Source: Flavobacteriales bacterium
GTDB lineage: Bacteria; Bacteroidota; Bacteroidia; Flavobacteriales; BACL11
Length of the DNA: 57,348 nt
Assembly (NCBI GenBank): GCA_012960835.1
Contig: DUAL01000305.1
Span: forward strand, 1-57,348
Direction of reading: 5' to 3'
A model generated the notes under the pieces. The model was not told the DNA's origin, did not search any database, and was given only the letters and a program-made list of their open reading frames with translations. The translations under genes and the position numbers were made by a program. Positions 19,901 to 29,285 of the stretch are shown piece by piece; within the stretch, counting starts at the first letter, position 1, and each line of letters opens with the position of its first letter.

Positions 19901-20628
19901 AGAGTCGGATCAATGATTAAATCCTCATTTTTATTGTAGCCATTAGGAAATTCAAAACTTAGTATTTTACCTTTTAACTTATAATTACACTGAATTTCTT
20001 TTTTAATTCCATCCAAAATTTGATAGGCAAAAGGTTTTTGCTCTGTAATTGTATTTACAGAAGTTTGCACATATAAATTCCCATTTTTTATAAATATAGC
20101 ATCAATCCCATTATAACTTAATTTCAGTTTTTTTAAATTGGCATTGGGGTTAACAATAATGTCATATTTCAAATTCCCTTCTGATCTATACATTTTTAAA
20201 TCAATGCCATCATAAATATTTTTTTGTGTGAGTGTTTTGTAGTGACGCACATTCTCTGCCCAATTATTTTGATTATTTCCTAAATAATAATTTTCAAAAA
20301 ACTCGCTTTTCTCTTCTAAAAAACTCTCAATATTTTCATTGGCATTTTTGAAAATCACCTTAAAAGCATGGGCTTTGATGCTTCTATCGGTAGTTCTGTG
20401 GTTATGAATATCTGCTAGTTTCTGTTGGTTGTAAAAATGGTATGTGAATATTCCTTTTTCAATAAATAAAGCTCCGCCAGGAAGGCATACTTTTGCAATT
20501 ACTTTTTGAGGTAATTGCCCTTTGTTTTTGATAAATGGATTTTCTAAATCAGTAGCATAAATAAATTGAACTGATAAAAAAAATAAAAGTAGTATCAGCT
20601 TTTGGACTATACTTATTTTGTTCAGCAT
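16900..20628 (-). CDS. Large secreted T9SS cargo protein: SBBP beta-propeller repeats + PKD domain + type-B (gliding-motility-associated) C-terminal sorting domain
   Basis: Signal peptide. Repeats such as [11 protein letters not shown]...[16 protein letters not shown] resemble SBBP repeats. A PKD-like segment is present ([31 protein letters not shown]). The C-terminus IPTAFTPNN...YWDGTY...GNITLIR is typical of a type-B CTD. Confidence 0.85.
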   Translation of the reverse strand: [1242 protein letters not shown]

Positions 20629-20634
20629 TTTGCA

Positions 20635-21870
20635 TTATATTGTTGGCTCTGCAAGATACTGAATTAAACTATCTTTTACCCATTGGAAAGGTTCCTTACT
20701 TTGCTCTTTCATGGGTTCAGATGGAGGTAATTTTTCTTTATATGGATCAACTTGTCGGCCGTTTTTCCAGAACCGATAACAAACGTGCGGACCGGTAGCC
20801 AATCCTGTGCTGCCAACATATCCTATTATATCTCCCTGTTTTACATGCACTCCTTTTCTTATCCCTGATTTTATTTTTGACATGTGCAGATATTGAGTGG
20901 TGTAAGTATTATTGTGCCTGATTTTTACAAAGTTTCCGTTATTGCGCGTATAAGATGCGACAACTATGCTGCCATTTGCTGTAGTTAAAATTGGTGTTCC
21001 TTTTGGAGCAGCATAATCTGTCCCTAAATGTGGTTTTACCCTTCCTGTTACTGGATGCCTCCTGCGCTTACTGTATTTGGAGCTAATTCGACTAAAATTA
21101 AGTGGGGCTCGCAAAAAAGCTTTTCTCAATGTTTTACTTTCTTCATCAAAATAATCCCCAAAATTTTCTCCCTCTTCTCTAAAATAAAAGGCGTAAAAAT
21201 CTTCCCCTTGATGTATAAATTTTGCTGCCCAAACTCTGCCTATTCCTACAAATTCATCTTCTACAAATCTCTCTTCATAAAAAACTTTAAATTTATCTCC
21301 TTTCTGAATGCGAAAGAAATCGATTGTCCAAGCGTAAATATTAGAAAGTTCCATCACTAGTGCTGGACTCATATTATTATCCATAATAGCATTCCACAAT
21401 GATGAGGTGATTTCTCCTGATGCAGTTCGCATCCTGATTTCTACTTCTTTTTCTCCTCTGTAAACTTGAATTCCATCTCTTAAATCAAAAACTATATAGT
21501 TGGTTGCCGATTCTTCATAGATAAAACATTTTGCTATTGCATTAGAATCTTTTGTGCAAAACACAGTAAATGGTTGCCCAGCTTTTGCTCTTTTTACATC
21601 AAAAATTCCTTTTGACGCTTTTACTATTTTGTCAATTTGAGTATGGTCAATATGATTACGATATAGTATTTCTCCTAAAACTTGTCCCGGTTTTATGATT
21701 CCTCTTGTCACCTGAAAAGAATCTGTAACAATGCCGTATTCTATTGTAGGACCAAAAGAAGTGCTGATATTAGTACTATCGCCATTTGCCTTATTGCATT
21801 TAGTAAAATTTAATGCCGTTAGCAGGAGGAGTAATCCTAAAAATAAAATGCTGAATAATCTTGTTTTCAT
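20635..21870 (-). CDS. M23 family metallopeptidase
   Basis: HLGTDYAAPKGTPI and GSTGLATGPHVCYRFW (HxxxD / HxH-type LytM motifs), plus a signal peptide. Confidence 0.85.
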   Translation of the reverse strand: MKTRLFSILFLGLLLLLTALNFTKCNKANGDSTNISTSFGPTIEYGIVTDSFQVTRGIIKPGQVLGEILYRNHIDHTQIDKIVKASKGIFDVKRAKAGQPFTVFCTKDSNAIAKCFIYEESATNYIVFDLRDGIQVYRGEKEVEIRMRTASGEITSSLWNAIMDNNMSPALVMELSNIYAWTIDFFRIQKGDKFKVFYEERFVEDEFVGIGRVWAAKFIHQGEDFYAFYFREEGENFGDYFDEESKTLRKAFLRAPLNFSRISSKYSKRRRHPVTGRVKPHLGTDYAAPKGTPILTTANGSIVVASYTRNNGNFVKIRHNNTYTTQYLHMSKIKSGIRKGVHVKQGDIIGYVGSTGLATGPHVCYRFWKNGRQVDPYKEKLPPSEPMKEQSKEPFQWVKDSLIQYLAEPTI

Positions 21871-21912
21871 AGTCGCAATTTACAGAAAATAGAATGGGAT
21901 ATTCAAGGCCAT

Positions 21913-22671
21913 TTAATCAGTTATTGACAATGGATTTTTCAAACCTTTAAATGAAGATAATTCCGCTTTTATTGTGCCAACAATTATTTTAGTTTCTACT
22001 TTTATCATTAATTTATTTTCATCATCTGATATCCAAATTCTCATGCCTTCCCCATCCTTAAAAACTCTTCCCTCTTGCAGTTGAGGGGTAAAAACCATAC
22101 AGTTTATTTTTCCCCATTTTGTTTTAATAACCTCATTTTTTTCATATTTAATTTGCATGGGATAAATTTCCTCATCCATAAAAACATTAAGCTTTACAAT
22201 AGAATCTATTTGTACATTCTGATAATTGAGTAGTGCTCTTGTAAAATAAAATCCGGACAACATATCTTGTGTTTGGTTTGGAATTTGATAAATAGAATCT
22301 TCAGCCAAAACTTCATTTTTTTCGGAGTTAAACAGATAGTTTTGTTTGATAATATAACCCCCTTCTTTTACATTTCTGATAAAATGAATAGGAGATAAAG
22401 AAGTGGAGTTTACATAAGAAATATATTCGTCATACACTTTAAAAAATAAGCTGAAAAATGAATTCGTTTGGCCAATCCCTTCAAGATGAAAGCACTCCCT
22501 ATTATTATGTTTTTCAATATTCTTGACTATAAGTGTTCCATGGCCAGCAGTAATGGGACCATAATGAATTCGGTAAGTACAACTTTCTCCTACTTTAAAA
22601 GGAAGATTATTTTGGGAAAAAATAAATAGGGGACAAAGAATCAAAAAAAATAAAACCCTTTTTATTGTCAT
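21913..22671 (-). CDS. DUF3108-like secreted protein
   Basis: Signal peptide plus FKVGESCTYRIHYGPITAGHGTLIV, which resembles the DUF3108 N-terminal pattern. The family call is from memory only. Confidence 0.55.
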   Translation of the reverse strand: MTIKRVLFFLILCPLFIFSQNNLPFKVGESCTYRIHYGPITAGHGTLIVKNIEKHNNRECFHLEGIGQTNSFFSLFFKVYDEYISYVNSTSLSPIHFIRNVKEGGYIIKQNYLFNSEKNEVLAEDSIYQIPNQTQDMLSGFYFTRALLNYQNVQIDSIVKLNVFMDEEIYPMQIKYEKNEVIKTKWGKINCMVFTPQLQEGRVFKDGEGMRIWISDDENKLMIKVETKIIVGTIKAELSSFKGLKNPLSITD

Positions 22672-22673
22672 AT

Positions 22674-25442
22674 TTACATTACTATATTGATAATTCGCTT
22701 AGGCACTACAATTATCTTTTTAGGCGATTTTCCTTCTAAATAATGAGCTGTTTTTTCATGTTTCATTACCTCAACCTCCACTTGTTCTTTTGTCATTTCG
22801 ACAGGTAAAGTAATTTTAAATCGCATTTTACCGTTAAACGAAACCGGATAATTCACCTCATTCTCCACCAAATAACTTGCGTTAAACTTTGGGAAATTAG
22901 CAGTCGTAACTGAAGTTTCATTTCCTAATTTTTGCCAAATCTCTTCCGAAATATGTGGTGCATAAGCAGAAAGCAGAACAGTAAAATCAGAAATAATTTC
23001 TCTGCTATTGCATTTTTGTTCGGTCAATTCATTTATGCAAATCATAAAGGTACTCACCACCGTGTTGAAAGAGTGACGCTCTATATCTTCTTCAACTTTT
23101 TTAATGGTTTTGTGTAAAGTTTTATAATTCGCTTTTGTTGGTGTTTCTGCTGAAACCTCAAAGTTATTTTCTGCATCATGAACCAAACGCCAGAACTTAC
23201 GCAGGAAATTATGCACCCCATTTATTCCCTTTACATCCCAAGGTTTAAGTTGCTCTAGTGGTCCTAAAAACATTTCGTACAAACGCAAAGTGTCTGCCCC
23301 AAAATCATCTACCAATTTATCAGGAGTTTGTACATTGTATTTGGATTTTGACATTTTTTCCACCTCATGCCCACACAAATATTTTCCATCTTCATTTAAA
23401 ATAAATTCAGCATTTGCATATTCTGCTCTCCAATTTTTGAACGCCTCAACATCCAACACATCATTATCTACAAAACTGATATCTACATGTAAGCGTGTCG
23501 TTTTATGTTCTTTTCTTTTATCAAAACTTACAAACGTATTTGTATCTTTTATTCTGTATACAAAGCTTGATCTCCCTAAAATCATCCCTTGGTTAATCAT
23601 CTTTTTGAAAGGTTCCTCAAAAGAAATAAATCCTCTATCGTACAAAAATTTAGTCCAAAAACGAGAATATAATAAATGTCCAACAGCATGCTCGGCACCC
23701 CCAATATACAAATCTACTTGCCCCCAATAATCTGACTTCTCTTTTGCACAAAATTCCCCATCATTATTTGGGTCCATATAGCGTAAAAAATACCAAGAAC
23801 TCCCTGCCCAACCTGGCATAATATTGGTTTCCATTCTATCTCCTTCATACACATTCCAATACTCTTTTTTGGCTCTGGCTAGTGGTGGCTCTCCACTTGC
23901 AGTTGGTAAATATTTATCTACCGGAGGAAGCGTAACCTGCTTATCATCTTCTAAAACATAAGCCGTTTCACCTTTATAATACACTGGAAATGGTTCTCCC
24001 CAATATCTTTGTCTTGAGAAAATTGCATCACGCAAACGATAATTAATTTTACCTTTTCCGAAACCTCCTTCTTCAATTTTATAAATCGCTAAACTCATGG
24101 CCTTTTTAGCGGATAGTCCATTTAAAAAATCAGAGTTTGCAATGTTTACATTCTTCTCTTCATTCGCCCCCTCACTTACATCAACTCCATCAAAAATATT
24201 AATGATTTCCAAACCAAAGTGAGTCGCAAAATCCCAATCTCTTTGGTCGCCACATGGGACAGCCATAACAGCACCAGTTCCGTAAGAAGCCAATACATAA
24301 TCTCCAATCCAAACTTGTACTTTATCTCCTGTAAACGGATGAATAGCATAGGCTCCTGTGAATATTCCACTTACACTTTTATCAGCCTGTCTATCTCTTT
24401 CCGATTTTAACTTTGCTGTATTTACATAAGCATCAACTTCCTCTTTTTTGTCTGGAGTTGTGATTGTATTTACCAACTCATGTTCTGGTGCTAATACCAT
24501 AAAATTAACTCCAAAAATGGTGTCTGGTCGAGTGGTGAAAACTTCAATTTTATTTGCTGAATTTTCCAACTGAAAACTTACAGACGCTCCTTTGGATTTC
24601 CCAATCCAATTCTTCTGAATTTCCTTTATTGAATCCGACCAATCTACAGTATCTAATCCTGAAATCAACCTATCTGCATAAGCAGTAATTCTGAGTGACC
24701 ACTGTTTCATTAACTTTTGTTCTACCGGAAAACCACCTCTTTCCGAAAGCCCATCTTTCACCTCATCATTAGCCAGTACTGTTCCTAATCCTTCACACCA
24801 ATTTACCCAAGTGTCCGATAAAAATGCCAAACGATAATTGAGTAGCATTTTTTCTTTTTCTGCTTCAGAAAAATTACACCACTCTTCTGCCGAAAATTTT
24901 GGCGTATTGTCATCACAAACCGCCTGAGAAGTAAGATTTCCTTTCTTTTCAAAATAGTCCGCCAAGTCAGCAATTGGCATGGCTTTATCTTCAACATTAC
25001 AATAGCACGAATTGAATAATTGCTTGAAAATCCATTGCGTCCATTTATAGTAATTTGGGTCGGAAGTTTGTACTTCTCTACTCCAATCGTATGAAAAACC
25101 AATTTGGTCTAATTGTTTTCTATACCTTTCTGTATTATCTTTTGTAGCAATAGCCGGATGAATTCCTGTTGTGATTGCGTATTGTTCTGTTGGTAAACCA
25201 AAAGAATCGTACCCCATTGGATGCAAAACATTAAAGCCTTTTAATCTTTTGTATCTAGCAAAAATATCAGAGGCAATATACCCTAGTGGATGACCAACAT
25301 GCAGCCCTGCTCCTGATGGATAAGGGAACATATCTAACACATAATATTTTTGCTTTTGTGAATCTTCCGAAACCTTATAGGTTTCATCATTTCTCCATTT
25401 GTCTTGCCACTTTTTTTCTATGTTAGAAAAGTCATAATTCAT
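22674..25442 (-). CDS. leuS: Leucine--tRNA ligase
   Basis: HIGH motif (HVGHPLGY), KMSKS motif (VEKMSKSKYN), and a 922-aa bacterial-type length. Confidence 0.97.
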   Translation of the reverse strand: MNYDFSNIEKKWQDKWRNDETYKVSEDSQKQKYYVLDMFPYPSGAGLHVGHPLGYIASDIFARYKRLKGFNVLHPMGYDSFGLPTEQYAITTGIHPAIATKDNTERYRKQLDQIGFSYDWSREVQTSDPNYYKWTQWIFKQLFNSCYCNVEDKAMPIADLADYFEKKGNLTSQAVCDDNTPKFSAEEWCNFSEAEKEKMLLNYRLAFLSDTWVNWCEGLGTVLANDEVKDGLSERGGFPVEQKLMKQWSLRITAYADRLISGLDTVDWSDSIKEIQKNWIGKSKGASVSFQLENSANKIEVFTTRPDTIFGVNFMVLAPEHELVNTITTPDKKEEVDAYVNTAKLKSERDRQADKSVSGIFTGAYAIHPFTGDKVQVWIGDYVLASYGTGAVMAVPCGDQRDWDFATHFGLEIINIFDGVDVSEGANEEKNVNIANSDFLNGLSAKKAMSLAIYKIEEGGFGKGKINYRLRDAIFSRQRYWGEPFPVYYKGETAYVLEDDKQVTLPPVDKYLPTASGEPPLARAKKEYWNVYEGDRMETNIMPGWAGSSWYFLRYMDPNNDGEFCAKEKSDYWGQVDLYIGGAEHAVGHLLYSRFWTKFLYDRGFISFEEPFKKMINQGMILGRSSFVYRIKDTNTFVSFDKRKEHKTTRLHVDISFVDNDVLDVEAFKNWRAEYANAEFILNEDGKYLCGHEVEKMSKSKYNVQTPDKLVDDFGADTLRLYEMFLGPLEQLKPWDVKGINGVHNFLRKFWRLVHDAENNFEVSAETPTKANYKTLHKTIKKVEEDIERHSFNTVVSTFMICINELTEQKCNSREIISDFTVLLSAYAPHISEEIWQKLGNETSVTTANFPKFNASYLVENEVNYPVSFNGKMRFKITLPVEMTKEQVEVEVMKHEKTAHYLEGKSPKKIIVVPKRIINIVM

Positions 25443-25462
25443 TTATATTTTTTAAGTTGTGG

Positions 25463-25470
25463 CAAAGTTA
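25463..25470 (-). promoter_or_regulatory. -7 promoter box TAACTTTG upstream of leuS
   Basis: Perfect TAnnTTTG on the minus strand, 20 nt upstream of the leuS ATG (25442), in a divergent 85-bp gap. Confidence 0.5.
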
Positions 25471-25493
25471 ATTAAATACTGAATGTATTTTTT

Positions 25494-25501
25494 TATTTTT
25501 G
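25494..25501 (+). promoter_or_regulatory. -7 promoter box TATTTTTG upstream of ftsX
   Basis: Perfect TAnnTTTG, 26 nt upstream of the ftsX ATG (25528). Confidence 0.5.
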
Positions 25502-25527
25502 GCAATTGATATGAATAATCAAAATCT

Positions 25528-26388
25528 ATGTCTTTAAAAAGAACCATAAAATCATCCCCAATGTCCATTGTTATAAGCATGTCCTTAGTGCTTTTTGTAC
25601 TAGGAATACTAGGGTTTTTACTTATTAATGCTAACCGACTTTCCAATCATGTAAAACAAAATATTGGATTTTCAGTAATGATAAAAGAGGGCGTGAAAGA
25701 TGTAGATATACTGCAATTACAAAAATGGATTGACTCAAAACCATACTCATTAGAGACAGATTGGGTAAGTAAAGAGGATGCGGCAAAAGAATTGCGAGAG
25801 CAATTAGGAGAGGATTTTATTGCATTTTTAGGATATAATCCTTTATTAGAATCCATTGATATAAAGCTGAAAGCATCTTATGCCAACTCTGATAGTTTAT
25901 TGATTCTGGAAGAAAAGCTCATTAAAAATGATTTGATTCATGAAGTTTATTATCAGAAAGATTTGGTAGAAAAAATAAACGAAAATGTGCGAAAAATGAG
26001 TATTTTTCTACTTTCGTTTTGCATTTTACTTTTTATTATTTCCTTTACACTTATCAATAATACCATTCGGCTTTCGGTATATTCAAAGCGTTTTTTAATT
26101 CGTACCATGAAACTGGTAGGAGCAACCAATAAATTTATAAAAGGTCCGTTTTTATCAGAAAGCATTTATAATGGGGTGTATAGTTCGCTTGTGGCTATTT
26201 GCATGCTGATAGGTGTTTTTCAACTTTTACAAAGCGATATGCCCGATTTTTTAAACATTCGGGATTTTAAAAGTATGGGTATTCTTTTTGCTTGTATATT
26301 TGTGGCTGGAATTTTGTTTACTTGGCTATCTACTTTCTTTGCTCTCAGGAAATACTTGCGGATTAAAGAAAGTGAAATTTATTTATAA
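25528..26388 (+). CDS. ftsX: Cell division protein FtsX (permease-like)
   Basis: N-terminal TM helix, periplasmic loop, and three C-terminal TM helices (FtsX-like permease fold). The conserved flavobacterial order ftsX-DUF3098-uppP-truB is present. Confidence 0.8.
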   Translation: MSLKRTIKSSPMSIVISMSLVLFVLGILGFLLINANRLSNHVKQNIGFSVMIKEGVKDVDILQLQKWIDSKPYSLETDWVSKEDAAKELREQLGEDFIAFLGYNPLLESIDIKLKASYANSDSLLILEEKLIKNDLIHEVYYQKDLVEKINENVRKMSIFLLSFCILLFIISFTLINNTIRLSVYSKRFLIRTMKLVGATNKFIKGPFLSESIYNGVYSSLVAICMLIGVFQLLQSDMPDFLNIRDFKSMGILFACIFVAGILFTWLSTFFALRKYLRIKESEIYL

Positions 26389-26391
26389 AAT

Positions 26392-26631
26392 ATGAATCAA
26401 AAAAATAATCTTGACTTTGCATTTACAAAACAGAACTACATTCTTTTACTTGTAGGGGTTGCTCTTATTTGTGCTGGACTTTTGCTGATGATTGGTGGTG
26501 GCTCGGATGATCCAACCATTTTTAGTGATAAAATTTTTGATTCGCAAAGGTTAGCCCTTGCCCCTATACTAATAGCACTAGGTTTTATTGTTGAAATTTT
26601 TGCAATAATGCACAAGCCAAAAGACAAGTAA
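26392..26631 (+). CDS. Small two-TM protein (DUF3098-like)
   Basis: 79 aa with two hydrophobic helices, sitting between ftsX and uppP. Confidence 0.6.
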   Translation: MNQKNNLDFAFTKQNYILLLVGVALICAGLLLMIGGGSDDPTIFSDKIFDSQRLALAPILIALGFIVEIFAIMHKPKDK

Positions 26632-26634
26632 TAA

Positions 26635-27447
26635 ATGGAAATTTTAAGGGCTATTGTTCTTGGAATTATTCAAGGATTGACTGAATTTTTGCCAGTAAGT
26701 AGTAGCGGGCATTTGGAAATTGCTAAATGTATTTCCCCTTCTGATATGTTGGCGGAAGAAAGCATGCTAATGACAGTGGTTTTGCATTTTGCTACCGCCC
26801 TTTCCACAATTATTATTTTTAGGAAAGATATTGCCGAAATATTTGCTGGCTTATTTCAATTTAAGATGAATGATAGTTTTTTGTTTTCTGTAAAAATTGT
26901 ACTTTCTATGATTCCAGCTGTTTTTGTTGGTTTGTTTTTTGAAAGTGAAATTGAGGCACTATTTGGCGGGCAATTAATTTTAGTTGGGAGTATGTTACTA
27001 ATAACTGGCGTATTACTTTTTTTAGCGGACAAAGCAAAACATGCAGAAAAAAATGTTGGGATTAAAAATGCAATACTCATTGGCATCTCGCAAGCCATAG
27101 CTATAATGCCTGGAATTTCCCGTTCAGGGGCCACAATTTCTACGGCTGTTCTTTTAGGAATAGATAAAGAAAAATCGGCACGCTTTTCCTTTTTAATGGT
27201 TGTGCCATTAATATTTGGAAAAATGGCAAAAGATATATTCTCTGGGAAAATAAGTTATGAAAGCAGCTCTTTCATTCCGCTAATAGTTGGTTTTATTTTT
27301 GCTTTCATTACTGGCCTAATTGCTTGCAAATGGATGATAAAATTGGTAAAAAATAGTCAGCTAAAATACTTTGCCTATTATTGTTTTATAGTAGGTATTT
27401 TGGTCATTCTTCTTTTTGCATATAACCAATTCCCTTGTCAGAGCTAG
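26635..27447 (+). CDS. uppP: Undecaprenyl-diphosphate phosphatase
   Basis: BacA/UppP motifs TEFLPVSSSGHL and PGISRSGATI. Confidence 0.93.
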   Translation: MEILRAIVLGIIQGLTEFLPVSSSGHLEIAKCISPSDMLAEESMLMTVVLHFATALSTIIIFRKDIAEIFAGLFQFKMNDSFLFSVKIVLSMIPAVFVGLFFESEIEALFGGQLILVGSMLLITGVLLFLADKAKHAEKNVGIKNAILIGISQAIAIMPGISRSGATISTAVLLGIDKEKSARFSFLMVVPLIFGKMAKDIFSGKISYESSSFIPLIVGFIFAFITGLIACKWMIKLVKNSQLKYFAYYCFIVGILVILLFAYNQFPCQS

Positions 27448-28154
27448 CCCCAAGTCAGATAACTAAGGCCACAGATTTTTTGTCTGGAGCTTTATTACTT
27501 ATTAACAAGCCAGCAGAATGGACATCTTTTGATGTGGTAAAAAAAATAAGAAATCTAATAAAGAAAAAACTGCAACTAAAAAAGATAAAAGTAGGGCATG
27601 CCGGAACGCTAGATCCACTAGCTACTGGGCTACTTATTGTTTGCACAGGAAAATTTACTAAAAGAATTGATGAAATTCAAGGACAAGAAAAAACCTATAC
27701 TGGCAATCTTATTTTGGGAGGCGCAACGCCTAGTTATGATTTGGAAACTGAAGTAAATCAAACTTTTGAAACTTCCCATATTACAAAAGAATCATTAGAA
27801 GAAGCGGCTAAACAATTTGTTGGGAAAATAAATCAAATTCCTCCCATTTTTTCAGCTTTAAAAAAAGATGGAGAACGCTTATACAAACTAGCTCGAAAAA
27901 ATAAAGAAATAAAATTAGAAAGCCGAAAAGTAACTATTCACAGCTTTAAAATTATAGATATAAATATGCCAATAGTTAGCTTCAAAATAGCGTGTGGCAA
28001 GGGTACTTATATCCGCTCCATTGCAAATGATTTTGGTAGGGCCTTAAATAGTGGTGCTCACTTATCTAAATTATGTAGAACAGAAATTGGAGAATACAAC
28101 TTAAAAGATGCTTTTTCTCTTAATGAAGTAGAAGATAAAATCAAACTGCTATAA
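27435..28154 (+). CDS. truB: tRNA pseudouridine(55) synthase
   Basis: LLLINKPAEWTSFDVV and the catalytic motif GHAGTLDPLATGLL. The start is TTG and overlaps uppP by 13 nt. No in-frame ATG lies upstream of the conserved N-terminus. Confidence 0.9.
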   Translation: MSELAPSQITKATDFLSGALLLINKPAEWTSFDVVKKIRNLIKKKLQLKKIKVGHAGTLDPLATGLLIVCTGKFTKRIDEIQGQEKTYTGNLILGGATPSYDLETEVNQTFETSHITKESLEEAAKQFVGKINQIPPIFSALKKDGERLYKLARKNKEIKLESRKVTIHSFKIIDINMPIVSFKIACGKGTYIRSIANDFGRALNSGAHLSKLCRTEIGEYNLKDAFSLNEVEDKIKLL

Positions 28155-28228
28155 CCCTTGACTTCTGCCTTTGAATGTAGTATATTCGCGCCTTAAAAAT
28201 CAATCCTCAAGCTATGAAATCACAAATA

Positions 28229-29284
28229 ATGAAATACAAGCTTTCGCACTTTGTTTTTAACTTACCAAAAGAGCGAAAAGCAACAACTCCGGCAAAAAAT
28301 AGAGACGAATCAAAATTGATGGTTCTTCACCGAGAAAGCGGGGAAATTAAGCATAAAAAATTCAAAGATATTATAAATTATTTTGATGAAGGAGATGTGA
28401 TAATTTTGAACAACACCAAAGTTTTTCCTGCCCGACTTTTCGGAAATAAAGAAAAAACAGGAGCAAGAATTGAAGTATTTCTACTAAGAGAATTAAATAA
28501 AGAAAGTCGGCTTTTTGATGTATTGGTGGATCCCGCAAGAAAAATAAGAATCGGCAATAAGCTCTATTTTGGAGAAGAGGATGAGCTGATTGCGGAAGTA
28601 ATTGACAATACAACATCAAGAGGAAGAACCCTGCGTTTTTTGTTTGATGGCTCTTATGATGAGTTTAAAGAAACATTAACCAGACTAGGGCAAACACCCC
28701 TGCCTAAATATCTAAATAGAGAGCCAACAGAGGAAGATGATGAAAGGTACCAAACCATTTATGCAAAGCATAGTGGAGCAATTGCAGCACCTACTGCTGG
28801 TTTGCATTTTAGTCGAGAACTAATGAAACGACTGGAAATAAAAGGAATAAATTTTGCTGAGGTTACCCTTCATGTTGGTCTAGGTACTTTTAGGGAAGTG
28901 GAAGTAGAAGATCTTTCAAAACATAAAATGGATTCGGAAGAAATAAATATAACACAAGCTGCCGCAAATGTTATTAATACAGGGCTTGATAATAATAAAA
29001 GAATTTGTGCAGTGGGGACTACTTCTGTTAGAACAGTTGAAAGCTCTGTTACTACTCAAAATAGAATGGTCCCTTTTGATGGTTGGACCAATAAATTTAT
29101 TTTTCCTCCATACGATTTCAGGATTCCGACTTGTATGCTAACTAATTTTCATTTACCAAAATCTACTTTGATGATGCAAATCAGTGCTTTTGCCGGACAT
29201 GATTTTACAATGAAAGCATATAAAGAAGCTGTAAAGAAGAAATATAAATTTTACACTTATGGGGATGCCATGTTAATTTTATAA
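28229..29284 (+). CDS. queA: S-adenosylmethionine:tRNA ribosyltransferase-isomerase
   Basis: [16 protein letters not shown]-terminus, plus APTAGLHF and [12 protein letters not shown]. An upstream in-frame ATG at 28214 is an alternative start. Confidence 0.92.
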   Translation: MKYKLSHFVFNLPKERKATTPAKNRDESKLMVLHRESGEIKHKKFKDIINYFDEGDVIILNNTKVFPARLFGNKEKTGARIEVFLLRELNKESRLFDVLVDPARKIRIGNKLYFGEEDELIAEVIDNTTSRGRTLRFLFDGSYDEFKETLTRLGQTPLPKYLNREPTEEDDERYQTIYAKHSGAIAAPTAGLHFSRELMKRLEIKGINFAEVTLHVGLGTFREVEVEDLSKHKMDSEEINITQAAANVINTGLDNNKRICAVGTTSVRTVESSVTTQNRMVPFDGWTNKFIFPPYDFRIPTCMLTNFHLPKSTLMMQISAFAGHDFTMKAYKEAVKKKYKFYTYGDAMLIL

Positions 29285-29285
29285 G

